From the NCBI RefSeq assembly GCF_037042905.1, contig NC_087245.1:16494001-16558000 (forward strand): DNA of 64,000 nucleotides, given 5' to 3'. Numbering within the stretch: position 1 is the stretch's first letter; the number at the start of each line of letters is the position of its first letter. Positions 51,501 through 64,000 of the stretch are shown here, piece after piece. A program made the position numbers and the translations under genes. The DNA comes from Lytechinus pictus (lineage: Eukaryota). Under the pieces are notes generated by a model. That model did not search any database, was not told the origin of the DNA, and saw only the letters and a program-made list of their open reading frames with translations.

Positions 51501-51819
51501 TGATTTATTAGGACAAAGTTGTCGAGAATGAGGACTAAGATTGTCTTCCGCAATTTGTAATGAAAAATATCGTTCTTAATAATTTCTCACAACAATACCA
51601 AGTTCCGGGAATAGCTTTAAACATTTTCAAGGATTTGTGACCATTGCCAACTGCCAAACCTATCCGACTTCAGACGATTGTTTTACATGGATTAAGAAGA
51701 ACATAATATACATCGTATTCATTCTGCCGAAGATATAGGCCTATGACATTTTCATTATTTTGTAAGAGATATGTAACAGGGACAACAATAACGGTTTTAC
51801 CGAAGTAATGGTTAGCATA

Positions 51820-52005
51820 CACTCTTGAAACAAATCAGTCAAATTGACTAGACAAGTAGTCAGCTGGGTGCAATGATATGCTAGTCACATTTCTGACATA
51901 TTTTGTAGATAGAAATAACTCTGTTCTAGTAAAATACGACTAGAAAATAGTCAAATATGACTAGAATATAAGTCGCATCCAACTGACTAATTTGTATTTA
52001 GAGTG
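51820..52005. mobile_element. CACTC-ended MITE with GACTAG subrepeats, TA TSD
   Basis: TA|CACTCTTGAAACAAATCAGTCA ... TGACTAATTTGTATTTAGAGTG|TA. Confidence 0.7.
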
Positions 52006-52159
52006 TATTGCTTTCTTATCAGATTCACGACATTCTGCCTTTTTTATTATGTTAACAGAAAAAAGCTTCCTGATGTTTGTTGAGTATATGAAGTCATATC
52101 TAAGGAAAGAAATACTTTCATACTGAAGAAAGATTGGAGTTAATATGCACCAGGATAAT

Positions 52160-52745
52160 GATATCGTTCGGGTGACTTTGAACTTGATCATGTGATCTAA
52201 GACTTATACAAGACGATCAGTGATAATCGGTCACCCTTATGTCCAAGTTGAATGAACAAGATCCATAAACTTTAAAAGTTATAATAAACATTTCCAAAAA
52301 TACTTGAAACATAGTCAGAGTTCTTTGACCCCAAATTACCTTTGACCTTACCCATTCGACCTGAAACTCATGCAAAATCATAAGTGATAGTTGATTAATT
52401 TCATGTCTAAGTTTTATGAAATAGGTTCATAAACTTTCTTAGTTATGATGAAATTTCAAAATCTTAACCTTCGTTAAAGTTTAAATGTTGATACCTCGAA
52501 CCTGATCAAAGTCCATTGACCCTAAATGACCAGTGACCTTGGTCATCTGACCTGAAACTCATGCAAAATGAACAGTGATACTTGAGTATACTCTCATGTC
52601 CAAGTTTAATGAAATAGGTCCATACACTTCCTAAATTATGATGACATTTCATAAACTGTTGACGACGTCGCTGCCGTAGCCGTCGCCATCGCCTTTGAAA
52701 AGGCGACGTCTATAGTCTCGCTCTGATATGCAGGCGAAACAAAAA
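52160..52745 (-). mobile_element. HINE-like tandem-unit element, copy B (diverged, partial)
   Basis: Reverse complement of the copy A units, ending TATAGTCTCGCTCTGATATGCAGGCGAAACAAAAA. Confidence 0.7.
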
Positions 52746-54235
52746 CTGATAGATCAAAATAAATCTAATCTGACATGGTGGCGTCAATAATATATCGTAC
52801 GTTATAAAAGTGACCCTCGTAAACAATTAGAGTCCACCTGTTGAATTCTATATGTATAGATCTAAAAATAACAAGGCAAACTTCACATTAGGTTTCAACA
52901 TGATCATCGTGTTAAATTAACATGTTAATGAACGAATGATTGGCTGATTAATAAAACAAATGAGTGTTCTATGAAAGATTAAACAGAGTGGATGGCCGTA
53001 AGAAATCGAATGTGTGTATCCATTATTTCGAATGCCATATTAATTGTGATGTGCCTATAGATATTGATATCCACTGGTGTCAAAATGATTTCCAAAAGCT
53101 TACTATCATTTTGTATTGCCGGCTGGGTGTCAATGCTCATTCTTTTGCAACCTAATAAAACATCATCACATTAATTCACAGTCACACAATCAGAAACATG
53201 TTATTTACCAAACGAAAGTACGAAATATAAGTCTACAAGTAATCGAACAATAATACTTGGACATAAATGAGAAGATTATTAGTGGAAAGGTATATATCAG
53301 GATGCTTTTATCTTATGATATAGTCTAATGAATCATATAAAAAAAACATTATTGTACTCTCTATCGTTTATGAACAGTTGTCAAAAATTACAGATAGTTT
53401 TACACGTTGTGGATATTATCACAATGATAATTCTATTTCAACCGCTATACTCAGAGAAAAAAAAGATAATTTAATATTTTTATTTAAGCTTTCAAGCGTA
53501 TACATGTATTACTTTTCAGTAAGCCAACAATGAGGAAAGGTCAGCTTATGAAAAACTTAATAAACGGCTTGCTAAAAGAACGATAAGAAATAACTGCCAA
53601 AACGCATAATGAATACCTTATGAATTGATTAATTTTGTTCATTGATTTTCATCATCTTTCGTATTTTTAAAGATTTCAATTGTAATGTATTTCTTTCTAA
53701 TCATTCTAATTACACAAGATTCTTCCATAAAAATTGATAAAATAATTCATGTTAACAATAAATTATTTAAAATGAAATTGGATTTTGTGAAGGAGCTATA
53801 AATAGAGCAAAGTATATCATTATATCCAGATATGATGAGCTGAAATCATTTCAATTTGTATAAGTAAATTTTTACTTATACCTTGCGACCACGGACACAT
53901 GAAAGTACACTTGCCTCAAAATTTATGTATTTTGATAAAAGCCTTTATCTCTTTCTTTTTCCTCGAAGTTCATCTCTTGTTCTTGTATCCCTCTCCCTCT
54001 CTAACCCCACCTTCTCTCATTTTCTCTTATTAGTTTATTACTCTTTCTCTCTATCATGTAATGCAAAAAATACAGTATTCAAACAAAAATTATTATTACC
54101 ATAATTAATATGATTACACATACATGTACATACAATCCAATGGTTTGATTTATACAATGTATTCAGGTATAATACCCATATCACAGAATATGGAAATTAG
54201 GCCTATACATCCATTGGTATTAGCTAAATGATGTA

Positions 54236-54304
54236 GGTGACGTGGATAAGTGGTTCAAGGGGCCTAATTAGATACATGAAAGCCAGAGGTTCGATCCCCA
54301 GCAC
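54236..54304 (+). mobile_element. tRNA-derived SINE head (degenerate)
   Basis: TGGATAAGTGG (A box) ... GGTTCGATCCC (B box). Confidence 0.45.
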
Positions 54305-55190
54305 CTATTCCATTGAAAGGGGGAATTTGTTTACCAAGTTAGTTTATCTAGAAATTATTTACGCAAATGTATGCTCGTGATTATTCTTTCTCTATAAAAG
54401 ATACACAGATTTATTGAAGGTATCACTTCTTTAAAAAAAAACAGGCTTGATTTTGCTGATAAGCTATCACACATGCATGTCATCCATAATATACGTCACA
54501 TTCTGTTATTATCATTCAGAATACTGTTGTAAGTTCGTTATACGTGGTATATGCAGGCATTCAGTCATGTATAGGTACGGAAAGAGCAAATTACTACTGA
54601 CATCATCTCCCAATGACGTTTATTACATCACGGAGATCAGTTTCCCTAATTACGCATAAATTAGTTCGTCACTGCAGACAGATAACCAGTTCTGGAAGAA
54701 CGACATTTTCACGATAGAATACAATATAATTAGGCCTAAACGTTAATGGTTAAAGAAGCATAGCCTCACGTTATCAACAGGGTATCCATGCAAGTTGAAA
54801 CACATGCACATATGGCATTGTCTGCGTGTGAATTTTGTCGCCATATCCAAATTTATGTAGCCGGCATGTTGAATAAGTCCAATGCACTCTATTTCCACTA
54901 TTTCCACTGGTTTTATAACAATTCATTACATAACTTTCTCAAAGTTATTAACTTCTCGCTGTTCCCCGTACTACTGCACTGGCAAATAATAGCCAACGGT
55001 GCTTTCATATTCGTATTTGCCGTTATACGTCAATATTACAACACTATCAGAAAAACATCAGAAATTGGTTGAAATGATAAATAAAATAAAACATCTGGGC
55101 ACTCTATTCAACCTTTAGTAGACAGCTTGATATTGAATCGACTGTGTGATATATATTTTTTGTACCAAAACAGTTTTTAAAATGGATTTA

Positions 55191-55400
55191 AGTCATCGTG
55201 ATATTAGTGGTGAGAGCATTGGACTCATAATCGGAAGGTTGTGAGTTCGAATCCCAATTCTGCCATTGTCTCCACTTTGATAAAAAGGGCCGGAAACTAG
55301 ACATAACATGTTTCCTAGGTAATTGATTATATACCAGCTTGGCATTTACCAGCAAAAGCTGTTCCTATATACGGGAGTTACCATAACCAGAAACATAAAT
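55191..55400 (+). mobile_element. tRNA-derived SINE
   Basis: TAGTGGTGAGAGCATTGGACTCATAATC...GAGTTCGAATCCC: A/B boxes with a non-pairing acceptor stem. Confidence 0.55.
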
Positions 55401-57465
55401 ATTTATATAGAATAAAACAATCAAATTCAAACTACCCAACACCCCAGAGCGGTCAAGTTCTGAGCTTTTAAATACGTTTAAAAGTCATGGTACCTTTACA
55501 TTGCTATTGATCTTGATATTGATAATTAAAGAGAGGGCGAAGAGATGGGTAAGTTAAAGACCACTCACCCTAAGATGACTCAGTTTCAAAAGTTCAACCT
55601 TAACCACACGGCACAGATCTCACTGCCACAGACCACTTATCTGGCTCAAAACCAAACAAATAAAAAAAAGATTTTATAATTTTTCATCCATTTTCAATAG
55701 ACTTCAAATAGAATTTCCTGGCTAGGTTTCCTCCAGTTTGAATTCGAGCCAGCAAATTTGTTTTATGGTTAAAAACTTTCGGTCAAATAAGGAACATTCC
55801 TTCCCCCGTCGGCACATGTGAATCCGTGAGACCTTTTGGCTTGTGTATGTTGTGTAAGAATAATCACGTTTTGCTTTTCTGATCTTTCTCTGTGAATAAG
55901 AGAGTTCATTCTACATGAGAATGAAATCAAACGTATAAGCTTAAAAGGGAAAACAGAGAGACAGACAGACACAGTCAAATTACAGACAACCACCCCCGAC
56001 GATTTCTTAAAAACACTCTTGTGTCTGTTAAATTATTAAAAAGTGAACAGTTGAAAAATATTTGCAATTCTTGATATCAACTAAATTTTCAGTATACACA
56101 CTGAAACGTAAACGACAACATTACAACAAACACACAATTTGTTGATTTAATATAATAAGTCCCATACTGATCGAAGTTCGTACAAGAAATTTTGTTGTTG
56201 ATAATTTATGCCATTTTTAACTGCTTCTACTTGCTTTGTTGTTTTAAACATTTTGGAGGTGATTTTAGAAATAAATGAAAGTATTTTTGACAAATTGTAG
56301 ACATAATTCATTTTCCTTTTTAAGCTGTTATTAAGAGATCGATGATCCAATGGAATTTGGGTGAATTGCGTTTTCTTACAGCGGCAATAAATTTTGATTA
56401 AAACATGGATTTCAATTCGATGATTGAAATACTTGAAAGATTTTCTTCTATTTGAATAAATAACTTATTTCAAAATTGGAGCAAATGCTTCAGAATTCAA
56501 TCAAGAGATTTCATAAGCATGAAGTTTGTTTACCCTTAAATAAATTAGAGACACGTGTTGTCACTGGCTGGAGGTATCAGAAGTTCAAGGGACCAAGGTT
56601 TTATTTATTAGCTGAGATTGCGGTCAACAGGGAAATAAATAAACAAAATTATGATAAGGAACTAGATCTCTTATTAAACTGTCATATATCAAGGAGAAAC
56701 ATGATATTTGAAACTAGTTTGGCCTTCGTAACATTTGTGTGTTCTGTCTTTCGGCGATACCGGAACACTAGCTTTTCCCTTCCTGCGTTGTGGGTTTTGG
56801 TTTCATAAGAAAACGTACAAACAACATACAAGCAATTAAAGGAAATAACAAACATAATTTTCGAAAAAAATAATGAAATATGACTTATAATTTACGATAA
56901 CAAATGCATGAAAATTTTAGTATTTATGCCTTTAAACTCGTTACAGTATTATCTACAACATTGAAACTCATCTATCTTGGCCGCTGTCATCATTATGTTT
57001 TGCATGTTCTGTCGAAACTGTTTTGGTCGCAGAAAAAAATCCCTTCTGCGATGATTGTGCATTAATCGTTTGATCAGGTTATTATGGTATTCTCTTTTTT
57101 TCAAACGATTCATTCACAAAAAATCATTCTAAAATCTCAATTATACGTATCTAAACTTACAATTACATATCAATTTAGAGAAAATTATTGATTAAATTAT
57201 AAAAACAAAATCACTAAACAACATAACAAGCTACCATTCAAAGCCTCATTTTTAATTATAAATTAACTTACAATGATAGCAGGTATGTTGCTTAACTATA
57301 TGTCAAAGTATTGAGCAGTATACCATCATCTCTACGCTATCATTGGCACTTTCAAAATAGTAAAATCCAATTTTTAACATTGTCGCGAGAGATAGGGTCT
57401 ACGTTCCAAATTTATACATGCAAGCCTACTTTTATGTACACTGTAACCCCAATTTCGTTGAGTAG

Positions 57466-57676
57466 CTGAGAGCATTTGCTCCAGCGACAATTGCTCCGAT
57501 GGAAAATCTGCACTCAAACCAAACATAGAATCTAACCTCCAAAACTTAATACACCCTAATACTTATCTTTACATTATCCTGACCCCAAAACTCTATTAAA
57601 ATCCCAAATTTAACCTATGCCATCTGAGATATTAAGACTGGAGCAAATGTCGCAGGAGCAAAATGTTGTGTCACCT
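57466..57676. mobile_element. Small inverted-repeat element with degenerate TAACCC core
   Basis: CATTTGCTCCAGCGACAATTGCTCC ... GGAGCAAATGTCGCAGGAGCAAAATG. Confidence 0.6.
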
Positions 57677-58194
57677 TATTAGGCATATTCACATCTTCTT
57701 TAGTAAGTAGCCAACAAACTGGTTTCCACTTAACTGATTTAAGAAAGTAGTTGAGAACGGGGTAATTGTTTCACTTTGTTCGCCACCCCCATCCAGGGTG
57801 ACACATAAATGAGTAAGAGCGCAGTTGACTCTACACTTTAAATCCCATAAATCCTTACAAGCTTGGTCACGTGATGCTGAAAACTACACGTAAACTACAC
57901 GTAACCTTATTTGCCTAAATATGGGAAGAAGTTAAAACAAGGAAATGAAAATGATTAAATTTTATTGTTTTACGAATGCTTGTTGGCCTTCAGTGTATCC
58001 AGTGACATTTTCGATATTTCACTCTAAATTTACTCTGCTTGAATTCACTCATAAAAGAGTGAATATGTTCACTCTTTATCCACTCGCTTACAGAGTATAC
58101 AGATACAAGATAAGGGAGGTCGAATGATAATGAAAGTAAAGATAATTGATTTTGTTTGAGTAAATAATTAGCGTCTTGGAACTCTTTCATTCAA

Positions 58195-58640
58195 ATTCCT
58201 CAAATAACCCCAACATGGCCAAAGTTCGTTGACCCTAATTGACCTTTGACCTTAGTCATATGACCTGAAACTCAGGCAGGATCTTTAGTGATACACTATT
58301 ACCCTTATGTCCAGGTTTTATGAACTAGGTCCATATACTTTCGAAGTTATGACATTTCAAAAACTTAACCTTAGTTAAGATTTCGATATTGATTCCCCTG
58401 ACATGGTCTAAGTTCATTGACCCTAAATGACCTTTGACCTCTTTATAGTCATGTGACCTGAAACTCGGGCAGGATGTTAAGTAATACTTGAGTACCCTTA
58501 TGTCCAAGTTTCATGAACTAGGTCCATATACTTTATAAGTTCTGATGACATTTCAAAAACTTAACCTTGGTTAAGATATCAATGTTGACGACGCCGCCGC
58601 CGCCGTCGGAAAAGCGGCGCCTATGCAGGCGAGACAAAAA
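58195..58640 (-). mobile_element. HINE-like tandem-unit element, copy C (partial)
   Basis: Units as in copy A, ending GCCGCCGCCGTCGGAAAAGCGGCGCCTATGCAGGCGAGACAAAA. Confidence 0.75.
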
Positions 58641-58659
58641 AAAAAATATTTTACTTTGA

Positions 58660-59230
58660 TGAATGGTTCCTATATCTCTTCCAGTTTTTTCACCTCTTCT
58701 GAAACCAAAGTGATCAGTTTCAAGCTGAAGCTTACCAAGATCTCCATTTGTTTCCAGGGGGTCTCTCCTCATGTAACATTGGGCACTTTATCACTTCATA
58801 GATCTTTCCCTTGTTCTTGAAAACTGGGATTAGACTAGACTTAACCTGAGGGAGACTGAGCCCACACATATATATATATGGGCTAGAGTCTATGGAAACT
58901 ATTTCATACATATCATAGTCAGCCAGTATCAAGGGTTAAGCTAATCATCTAGGATCTTCTTATCTTTCCATACTCCTCCAATTGATGTCAAGGATAATAT
59001 CTAACGTGACTTTGATATGTTCCAGAAGCTTTCCCGTTATACATCTTTGATACTTCTGCTGTCACTCCCTAGGTGATAGTGTCTCCTAATATTCTCAATT
59101 GGCTGAGCTTACTGGACTTGTTTTCCTCACTTAAGAGTTGACTGAAGTGTTCCTTCCATCTTCTGCTCAAAGGTTTTTACCGTTCTCCACTTTCTCATCA
59201 ACATCTTCTTTTGACGCCAGAAAGGGCAAC
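58660..59230 (-). mobile_element. Decayed RTE-clade LINE fragment (pre-RT region)
   Basis: Minus-strand motifs in the expected order: RRWKEHFSQLL (~59165), NGKASG (~59035), LIPVFKNKG (~58830). Frameshifted. Confidence 0.6.
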
Positions 59231-59749
59231 AAAAATTGTGCATGTTTTTTTTATTTTCTTCGATTTTTCTGCAAACTCCCGCCCATTAACGCAACCAAAT
59301 CTTCCACTGCATAATTTGTTAATTTGATCTTCTTACTGATCTTTTATGCTACTGCTGGTTAACTTTCCAGCTCATGGGTTCACTTAATAGCGTGATCTTT
59401 GCTGATCTCATCGCCCACTTGGCTTCTCTGTTGGCCGACTTATTCTCTTCTTTTGTTGCATGAGAAGGGGGTGGGTGCAGCTAAACAGCTCTTGTCTTAT
59501 TCACTGAGGATTACCCCTCCCCTGTCTACATTCATTCCTCTCTGCTATCACCTGAGTGGTGAGTGGCAAATGCAGACTGACAGCTTGCCAAAGAACTTGT
59601 GCCACTGTGGGATCCAACCTCACCCTCTCGATTAAAAGTTGCAGTTACCACTCCACCAACATGCTTCCACCCACAATTACTCCCACACTAGTAATAGTAT
59701 ACTAGTATAACAAATCAATACAATTATGAATGCAATACTCTTCTGCCTC

Positions 59750-62700
59750 ATAAAATCTCTTTATTTCTGATTCATTATTATTACAAAAGGAAAATAAAAT
59801 CTACAAGCAGTAAAGTACATATTGAAGAAAAAAGGAATCAATACAGGACTTCATAACAGTATTTTCAAAATAGCATTTTCAATCTCAATTGAAGGAATAC
59901 AGAATATCAAGTACTTTGAATGGACTCATAAATAAAATCATACACAGTGCAAAGTATTTATATTGTAATCAATCCCACAATAACTAAGGTATGACATGTA
60001 AATTTAAAATTTGATTTCACACGAGGAGTACAGGTGTACTTATCTGTGGACAGGAAATGTGTTGTGCATCCAGGGAGGGCCTTCGTAAGAATGACAAACT
60101 AATTTAATATCAAAATGAAATCATTTGATCAGTAAAAAAAATAATTACTTTGTTTACAAAAACTATATCTTGTGCACAAAATCTGCAAAAATACATGTAT
60201 TTTGTTTCCGAACAGTATCATTTCATTTCCGCCTTCATAAAGTACATGGAGCCAAGACGAGAAGAAAAAATACCTCACAGCATAACGTCAGATTCTACAT
60301 TAATCACACAGGAAATACATGTACGTTCATTATGAAAAAGCCTAATTGAATTCTTAACATTGCTCGCTTGTTGAAAATTCACTTTTTTTTATGAAAATGC
60401 AAATCATATCTCTAAAAATACTCAATGTTTATGAATACATGTATTCAGTTAGACATTTTAGTTCACATGAAATTGTACTTCAGCCATGCATCTTTTCTAC
60501 CTATGTTTCTACTTTACACCAGGAGACAAAAATTTCAGTTTGGTTCTAAAAGCAGGGTGTGGGAAGAAGGAGGGGGGATCTTGCTCTCCAATAAGTAAAA
60601 TTGCACCATTTCTTAAAGACACACACACAATGATAACAAGTGGAATGCCTCTGGCCGTCTCACCTGCATCACGCGATTCAATATAGCAGCAGTGCTGATT
60701 TTGAAAACTACTATAACTCGCACAAGATGTTCAGTGATACTTGGTTACTCTTATTTCCACGTTTTATGAACTAGACCAATACACTTATAGAGATATGATG
60801 GCAATTCAACAAATACCCCCAACGTGGCCAAAGTTCTTTGACCTTACATGACCTTTGACCTTGATCATGTGACCTGAAACTCGCACAGGATGTTCAGTGA
60901 TACTTGATTACTATTATGTCCAAGTTTCATGAATCAGATCCATAAACTTTCAAAGTTATGATGGTAATTCAACAGATACCCCCAATTCGGCCAAAGTTCA
61001 TTGACCCTAAATGACCTTTGACCTTGGTCATGTGATGTGAAACTCATGCAGGATGTTCAGTGATACTTGATTAACCTTATGTATAAGTTTCATGAACTAG
61101 GTCCATATATTTTCTAAGTTATGATGACATTTCAAAAACTTAACCTTAGGTTAAGATTTTGATGTTGATTCCCCCAACATGGTCTAAGTTCATTGACCCT
61201 AAATGACCTTTGACCTTGGTCATGTGACATGAAACTCAGGCAGGATGTTCAGTAATACTTGATTAACCTTATGGCCAAGTTTCATGAACTAGGTCCATAT
61301 ACTTTCTAAGTTATGCTGTCATTTCAAAAACTTAACCTCAGGTTAAGATTTGGTGTTGACGCCGCCGCCGCCGTCGCCGTCGGAAAAGCGGCGCCTATAG
61401 TCTCACTCTGCTATGCAGGTGAGACAATAAAAACCATTACAATCTTCAATACATACAGCCCTTCCTCATTCCAAACCTGAAAGAACTATGGAAAAAAAAA
61501 TTAGAGAATGCCATAATATCATATCTAAATAGTTGTATTCGTAAGTAGGGATAGTAGTCCAAGATAAACCAATTATATCTTTCTCAAGCTTTGTACGAAT
61601 TCCTTCACAGAAAATAAACAAAAATGTACAATCAAAGTCAAATCGAATATTTCATAACAAATTGTATTTTCTTTTCCTTTTCTTTCTTATAAGGCACCTT
61701 ACCAAAATCTGAGCCACATTTTTATAGGAATAACACTATAAACCCACTAAGCTTCTTTCGCAGCAACTTTCCTGCATTTCCCATAGGATTGTATATGATG
61801 AAATGTGAGGATTAGTGATGAAAAGATGCTTATTGGATTGTGGCTCTGACTTTTGGGAAGATGCTTGAAAAAAATTAAATATCACAAAACATTAGGCTTA
61901 TTTGCAGTCAAAGACGTTAAAGACACACAACAATTTTGAAGTTGATAGAATCATGATTAGTATGTAAAGACACTTTTGATAGTCAATAGTATTACAACTT
62001 TCAGTTTGAAATGCACATGTACAAGGGTAAAAAGTTTTAGAAGATTATCAATATCATTACATAACACTCAGAAAACAAAGGCTAGTTAAAATCATCACCA
62101 ATAGTCCATTCCTTTAACCTTGAACATTCTTTGCATATTAGTCTGTTACAAATAGAATCTAAAAGATTCATAACTATTTCATTGTCCTTACTTTACAAAG
62201 ACACTCATACAGATATAAAACTATAAATATTTGTTATATGTTGTGCTGCACTTGCTTTAAATAGGTGAAAGACTTCAACATTTGTGAAAGAAAACAGTTT
62301 AACAGCAGTATCTACTTGAGCCCACCCAGGGGCAAATTACACAAAACATACATATTACTAATACTTTGACTTAGCTATCAATGGTAACTACCATGGTTAC
62401 GTCCCTCAACAGCCAATGAAAATCAAGGCTTCAACAGAAGTTACTAGTAACGGCCATCCTTCATTTTTTTAATAGCAGGTATTATGATCAGGCCAAAGGC
62501 AGCTAATAAGTGGGGTTACAAATCAAGCCTCTTGTGTTCCAACAACACACAATATAATAAAACTACATTTGTTCACTGATTGCAGATACACATCTGCCCT
62601 CCAATACATATATTAATATAATACATTATTAATGTACCAGAATGTTCATCTTATGTATGATACTGAAATCACCATAGAATTTTAAACTATTTTAAAACTA

Positions 62701-64000
62701 GATATTGATACATTGTAGAAATATTTGTGCATACTTCTGAAGCTTTAAATGGTATGCTTCAAAGTAAAAGATTCAAAGAAATGCTGGTAAATCTATTGTT
62801 GACATTTCATTTCAGGTATTCAATTCTAGGGCTATAGTACAGTTTTTTTTTCTGGAGAAAAAAGAATACCAGGCACTTTTGGCTAACAATAAGAAATCAA
62901 TAATCCACCTGACTGGGGTGTGTTGTGGACATGGAGGTTACTGGTAAAAGCAACCTACAAATTATAAGAATCCCATGTTCATCTGAAAAAAGAATACCAT
63001 TTGAAATGAAAACTATATCAGGCAATTCCAAAGGAGTGTGGAAATTCTGTTGACCATTCATCACGCCTGCCATTCCCCTTGCCCTTCCTCTCCCAATAGC
63101 CACCCCCCCCCCCTCCCCCCACACACAAATGTGTGGAATTCTTGAATACATCATTATGTAAGTAGAAATTGTGTCACCATCAGGAATACAAATACAGTAT
63201 AAATCTATACAATGTAATATCAGCATTATAATCAGTACTATTTATATGGTGAATACAAATGGAATACATTGCATCAAACAAGCTGCATTTGTAGTGAAAG
63301 AACTATGCATGGGCAATTCCAAGAAAAAAAAACCCTTTTGCATGACCAACCTTCATTTCCCACTTTTTCCCCCATTTTGACTTGGTAAACAACTTAAACA
63401 CGAGAGTAAAAAGAGCCCTATATCTGTCATACAAAACAGACCTAAAAAAAAATGGAGATGATTTTGCCCCAAATCAGGAAATGACCAACACTTCACATAA
63501 GAGTAGATACTATTCAAATACTCCAAACCCCTTGAAGAGCTCATAACAGTAATAACCTATTTTGTCCTCAATATCCAGGATCATTTGTAGGACTGGAGAA
63601 ACAAGAAAAAACTGAGAAATCGTTACAATCATTTTAGGAAGTTCCCACACATAGGATGTCCAACATAAATTTTATGGAGTTGGCCGTATATAATGAATAC
63701 AATAATGAGTGGATAATTTAGAATCATGATTTTTCAGTCCATAGTGAATAAATTAATACATGTAGTCTGAATACAGGTGCAATTTATATGGATGAATACT
63801 TGCATCAAAAATGAAAGACAAACTGATGATAAATATCTAATACAAAACTTTCAAGCTCTTGAAAGAGATTGATTTGTTGAACAGAATTAATTTCTTCCTT
63901 CAGGATCTTTAAATTGAGTCTTTAGGATACCATAATCCCTTACATCTATGAATGAGATCATCTACAGCATATATCTGATTTTGGTATGATGCACTGAAAG
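59750..64000 (-). other. Possible long 3' UTR of a minus-strand gene whose CDS lies beyond the window
   Basis: Sustained A-rich, CpG-poor plus strand, with TTTATT (AATAAA on minus) at ~59760. No coding exon seen. Confidence 0.25.
60635..61427 (-). mobile_element. HINE-like tandem-unit element, copy D (full length, best preserved)
   Basis: AACAAGTGGAATGCCTCTGGCCGTCTCACCTGCAT ... four GATGTTCAGT-containing units at 60726/60889/61052/61244 (spacing 163, 163, 192) ... (GCC)n ... CTATGCAGGTGAGACAA. Confidence 0.8.

Noticed and set aside
17255..55265. tRNA genes at 17255-17329, 54236-54304 and 55191-55265
   Set aside because: A/B boxes are present but the stems do not pair into a cloverleaf; treated as SINE heads.
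60700..61330. Regularly spaced repeats as a CRISPR-like array (also 11385-11610 and 42540-42700)
   Set aside because: Whole units are homologous, with no unique spacers; eukaryotic context and no cas genes.

Overview
Eukaryotic, AT-rich, repeat-rich genomic DNA, inferred to be echinoderm (sea-urchin-like) from gene content and repeat types. It contains two paralogous spliced genes in convergent (tail-to-tail) orientation. Each encodes a type I membrane protein: a single IgGFc-binding-protein (FCGBP) N-terminal-type domain, a Cys-containing linker, a Pro/Gly-rich stalk, one transmembrane helix and, where visible, a very short basic tail. Gene 1 (+ strand, coding exons 4921-9812; signal-peptide exon not found) has a long P/G/N/M/F-rich stalk resembling spicule-matrix repeats. 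Gene 2 (- strand, ATG at 51074, 18-kb first intron, exons traced to 26017; last exon not located) is about 530 aa. From recall, this architecture matches the linked sea-urchin skeletogenic genes p58-a/p58-b; no search was run. The rest of the window is intron, UTR and intergenic DNA. It carries many non-autonomous transposons (a Tc1/mariner MITE, CACT-ended palindromic MITEs with 2-bp TSDs, a Harbinger MITE, TTAA/Kolobok-like MITEs, four Helentron/HINE-like elements with internal tandem units), tRNA-derived SINE heads, decayed LINE fragments and microsatellites. Most short ORFs in the supplied track are spurious.
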